17,653 nucleotides of DNA from a virus, in IMG/VR virus record IMGVR_UViG_3300044445_000035; one strand, 5' to 3'. The translations under genes were made by a program, and so were the position numbers. Under the pieces are notes generated by a model. That model was not told where the DNA came from. It did not search any database and was given only the letters and a program-made list of their open reading frames with translations. Positions 15,611 to 17,653 of the stretch are shown here, in pieces; positions within the stretch are counted from its first letter, which is position 1; the number at the start of each line of letters is the position of its first letter.

Positions 15611-15726
15611 TTCGGCTCCTTCGATGGGAGCCGCGGTCGCCGCAACTGGCCTTGGGGTACGTCACCTCGACGGTGGCGATTCGTTGCGCTAGCCCCGCGC
15701 GGCGGGGTGGTTGTTGTGTTGTGGTT

Positions 15727-15772
15727 GAGCAAGTGTCCTTGCTCGATGCATCCAAGCAAAGCACATTGCTCG
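15727..15772. promoter_or_regulatory. 46-bp imperfect dyad centred on GATGCATC, with three CGAGCAA/TTGCTCG motifs; candidate operator or attP
   Basis: The sequence is GAGCAAGTGTCCTTGCTC-GATGCATC-CAAGCAAAGCACATTGCTCG. The left arm is itself a perfect 7-bp hairpin (GAGCAAG tgtc CTTGCTC). It lies in the ~210-bp gap between the integrase stop and the early operon. Confidence 0.5.
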
Positions 15773-15819
15773 CCGTGATACTTCATCTGACCAGGAACTT
15801 TTTCGTGATACGGAGCGAC

Positions 15820-17283
15820 CTACAGAGCCGCGATGGTGACACGTTCTGGGGCGTCGGGACGGTTCACGACGACCGACAGGTGCCGTCGCGCGAGCCCTCG
15901 GCGCTCCTCGATGTCGAGGGTCGTCCACAGCCGCTCCCACGTCGCCAGGGCCTCCGCGCCCTCGAATGTCCCGCCCCATTCCATCGGGTCGGCGCGCCAG
16001 GCTTCTAGCACGCGATAGAGCGTGCGCGCGGCCTCGGAAAGCGGCGCTGAGCCCGCGTTGCGTGCGGCCTCGATTGCCTCGCGCACGCCCGTCAGCTCGG
16101 CCTGTAGGCCACGAGCGCGCGCGAGGTCGTCGGCGCCGCCGAACTCCGAGAAGAGGCCCTTCGCGCGCGCGAGCTGCGCGGCAGTGTCGGCCTCCTCGCG
16201 CACCAGGCGCGCCAGCTCAGGCGAGGCGTCCGACTCGTCCACGCCCGCGCCCATCGCTGCGCGAAGCTCGGGCAGGGCGGCAGACTCCAGTAGCTCCGCC
16301 TTGATGCGAGCGTGACCCGGCGGGGTGGGCATGCCCGGAGTGCGCGCGGCCTCGGCGATGAGCCGACACGTGTAGCCGGGGGCGTAGTTGCCGCGCGACC
16401 AGTACGAACCGACTCGAAGAGGCTCACCGCACGCGCAGGTCGCGACACCCGACAGCCACCGTTCGCCGGTCGGCCGTCCCGAGGGCTTCCGGCTCGCTCC
16501 CGACCCGAGGATCGCGACCGCAGCCTCCCAGACCTCCAGCGACACAATCGGCGTGATCTTCGACGCTGCGGCCCGCTCGCCGTTCGCGATCAGGATCCCG
16601 GCGTTGCGCTCTCGGGTGAGGGTGTTCCGCGCCGTGACCGCGCTCCATTCGCTACCGCGGAGGGTGCGCCAGCCAGCGGCGTTCCAGCCTCGGGCGATCT
16701 GCCGGACGGGTACGCCCGCCAGCACGTCGGCGTACGCCTGACGGATCAGCTCGGCCTCATCCTCCCGAGGGGTCATCCCGTTCGCCTCGTAGCCGAACAC
16801 GCGCGGCCGACCGGCGGGGATGCCTTGCCTCACGCCTTCGGAGTTGCGGAACTTCCGCCGCTCTGACGTTCTCTCCGCCTCGGCGGCGTCCCACGCGGCC
16901 ACCGTGCGGGCCGTGGCCCGCCCGTCCGCGGTGTTGAGGTCGTAGCGGGGCGACACCTTGTAGAGGTAGCTCACCCCGCGGCGCTGCGCGAGCGAGATCA
17001 GGCGCTCCCACTCGGCGGGTCGGCGCGTGAGGCGCGACATCGAGTAGCTGACGATGGTGTCAAACTCTCCTCGCTCCGCGGCTTCGAGCAACGCCTCGAA
17101 TCCGGGACGTGGCTTTCGGGAATTTGTCGACGCCGATGTGTCGTTGTCTTTGTAGACGGCCGTCACCGTCAGGCCGTGCTGAGCGGCCAGCTCCCGACCG
17201 GCGGCCTCCTGATTTGAGGTGCCGACCTCCGACCCTTCGGCGTCACGAGAGATTCGACAGTAGAGAGCGCAGGAGTATGACAC
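15820..17283 (-). CDS. int: Large serine recombinase (phage integrase), 487 aa
   Basis: The N-terminal resolvase-type catalytic motif is ALYCRISRD...GTSNQEAAGRELAAQHG...DNDTSAS. It is followed by a recombinase domain, a Cys-rich zinc-ribbon-like segment (CACGEPLRVGSYWSRGNYAPGYTC) and an Ala/Glu/Arg-rich coiled-coil-like C-terminus. GTG start. Confidence 0.9.
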   Translation of the reverse strand: MSYSCALYCRISRDAEGSEVGTSNQEAAGRELAAQHGLTVTAVYKDNDTSASTNSRKPRPGFEALLEAAERGEFDTIVSYSMSRLTRRPAEWERLISLAQRRGVSYLYKVSPRYDLNTADGRATARTVAAWDAAEAERTSERRKFRNSEGVRQGIPAGRPRVFGYEANGMTPREDEAELIRQAYADVLAGVPVRQIARGWNAAGWRTLRGSEWSAVTARNTLTRERNAGILIANGERAAASKITPIVSLEVWEAAVAILGSGASRKPSGRPTGERWLSGVATCACGEPLRVGSYWSRGNYAPGYTCRLIAEAARTPGMPTPPGHARIKAELLESAALPELRAAMGAGVDESDASPELARLVREEADTAAQLARAKGLFSEFGGADDLARARGLQAELTGVREAIEAARNAGSAPLSEAARTLYRVLEAWRADPMEWGGTFEGAEALATWERLWTTLDIEERRGLARRHLSVVVNRPDAPERVTIAAL

Positions 17284-17329
17284 GCAACAAGATTAAGATC
17301 GACGTGTCCTAGTCGTCAATTCTTGCGTG
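17281..17329. promoter_or_regulatory. AT-richer imperfect inverted repeat in the divergent int/HEPN intergenic region; candidate attP or operator
   Basis: CACGCAA ... TTGCGTG are perfect 7-bp termini around CAAGATTAAGATCGACGTGTCCTAGTCGTCAATTC, with partial internal symmetry (GATCGACG / CGTCAATTC). A second palindrome, GGTCGTggACGACC, lies at 17334..17347. Confidence 0.4.
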
Positions 17330-17372
17330 TCGAGGTCGTGGACGACCGGCCCGCGCCGGGTACGTTGACCCT

Positions 17373-17653
17373 GTGACGTTGGAACCAGGGGAAGCCGTTG
17401 CGGTGTTCGAGACCGCACTACGTACAGCCATTCGCGAATTGCTCCCGAGCTGGCAATCGAAGCTCGGCGCTGAGGCCGTCGCCCGCCTTCGGGATAAGCA
17501 GGTCGAGGACGACAAGAAACGGGACGGCGCGGTCACTAGTGCCGACCTGCTTGACTACACGGAGACTACGCAATTAACTCGACTCGTCGAGAAGAATTGG
17601 GAAACGTTCAAGCCGGTATTTCAGGATCAGGCCCGCCTGAAAGTGATGTTCGG
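17373..17653 (+). CDS. Swt1-like HEPN domain protein, N-terminal part; continues at window position 1 across the circular junction
   Basis: GTG 17373 is the first start after the in-frame TAG at 17310..17312, and the frame is open to the window end. It translates as VTLEPGEAVAVFETALRTAIRELLPSWQSKLGAEAVARLRDKQVEDDKKRDGAVTSADLLDYTE.... The last 127 nt duplicate 1..127. The Shine-Dalgarno is weak, so the exact start is uncertain. Confidence 0.7.
   Translation, partial: MTLEPGEAVAVFETALRTAIRELLPSWQSKLGAEAVARLRDKQVEDDKKRDGAVTSADLLDYTETTQLTRLVEKNWETFKPVFQDQARLKVMF
17527..17653. repeat. Terminal direct repeat, copy 2; identical to 1..127
   Basis: Exact 127/127 identity with the window start. Confidence 0.9.

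Noticed and set aside
15421-15979. Minus- and plus-strand ORFs spanning the int-early intergenic region (15421..15786, 15507..15764, 15533..15778, 15652..16008, 15689..15979)
   Set aside because: They overlap each other, the well-supported 73-aa gene and the integrase 3' end. They lack ribosome-binding sites and translate to Arg/Pro/Ser/Thr-rich low-complexity sequence.
1-17653. tRNA, rRNA or other structured RNA genes
   Set aside because: The non-coding space is limited to a few short gaps, and none shows a cloverleaf-compatible arrangement that I could recognise by eye. This cannot be excluded without tRNAscan or Infernal.

Overview
The window looks like a complete, circularly closed genome of about 17,526 bp from a miniature siphovirus-like temperate phage of a high-GC, Actinobacteria-type host. 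The first 127 bp (1..127) are identical to the last 127 bp (17527..17653), and one ORF reads straight through that junction. I therefore read the window as a circle opened inside a gene, not as a prophage with flanks. Twenty-one of the 22 genes lie on the minus strand in a tightly packed array, many with ATGA/GTGA stop-start overlaps. In transcription order they are: large serine integrase, three small ORFs, a RepA/DnaB-like (AAA_25-type) ATPase, a GTAC-rich hairpin and iteron block, HNH endonuclease, large terminase, portal, a prohead protease-major capsid fusion, a collagen-like protein, two connector proteins, major tail protein, a basic HK97 gp10-like protein, tape measure, three tail tip and fibre proteins (one with a peptidase S74 intramolecular chaperone domain), an SGNH/GDSL hydrolase and two holin-like membrane proteins. 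The only plus-strand gene spans the junction (17373..17653 plus 1..665). It has clearly lower GC and encodes a Swt1-like HEPN protein (Rx4H motif) fused to an uncharacterised C-terminal domain. I rank it as the best candidate for a novel phage-borne defence or abortive-infection cargo gene. I could not recognise a canonical endolysin, small terminase, tail-chaperone frameshift or CI/Cro-type repressor. All family calls come from motif recognition by eye on the supplied translations; no searches were run.
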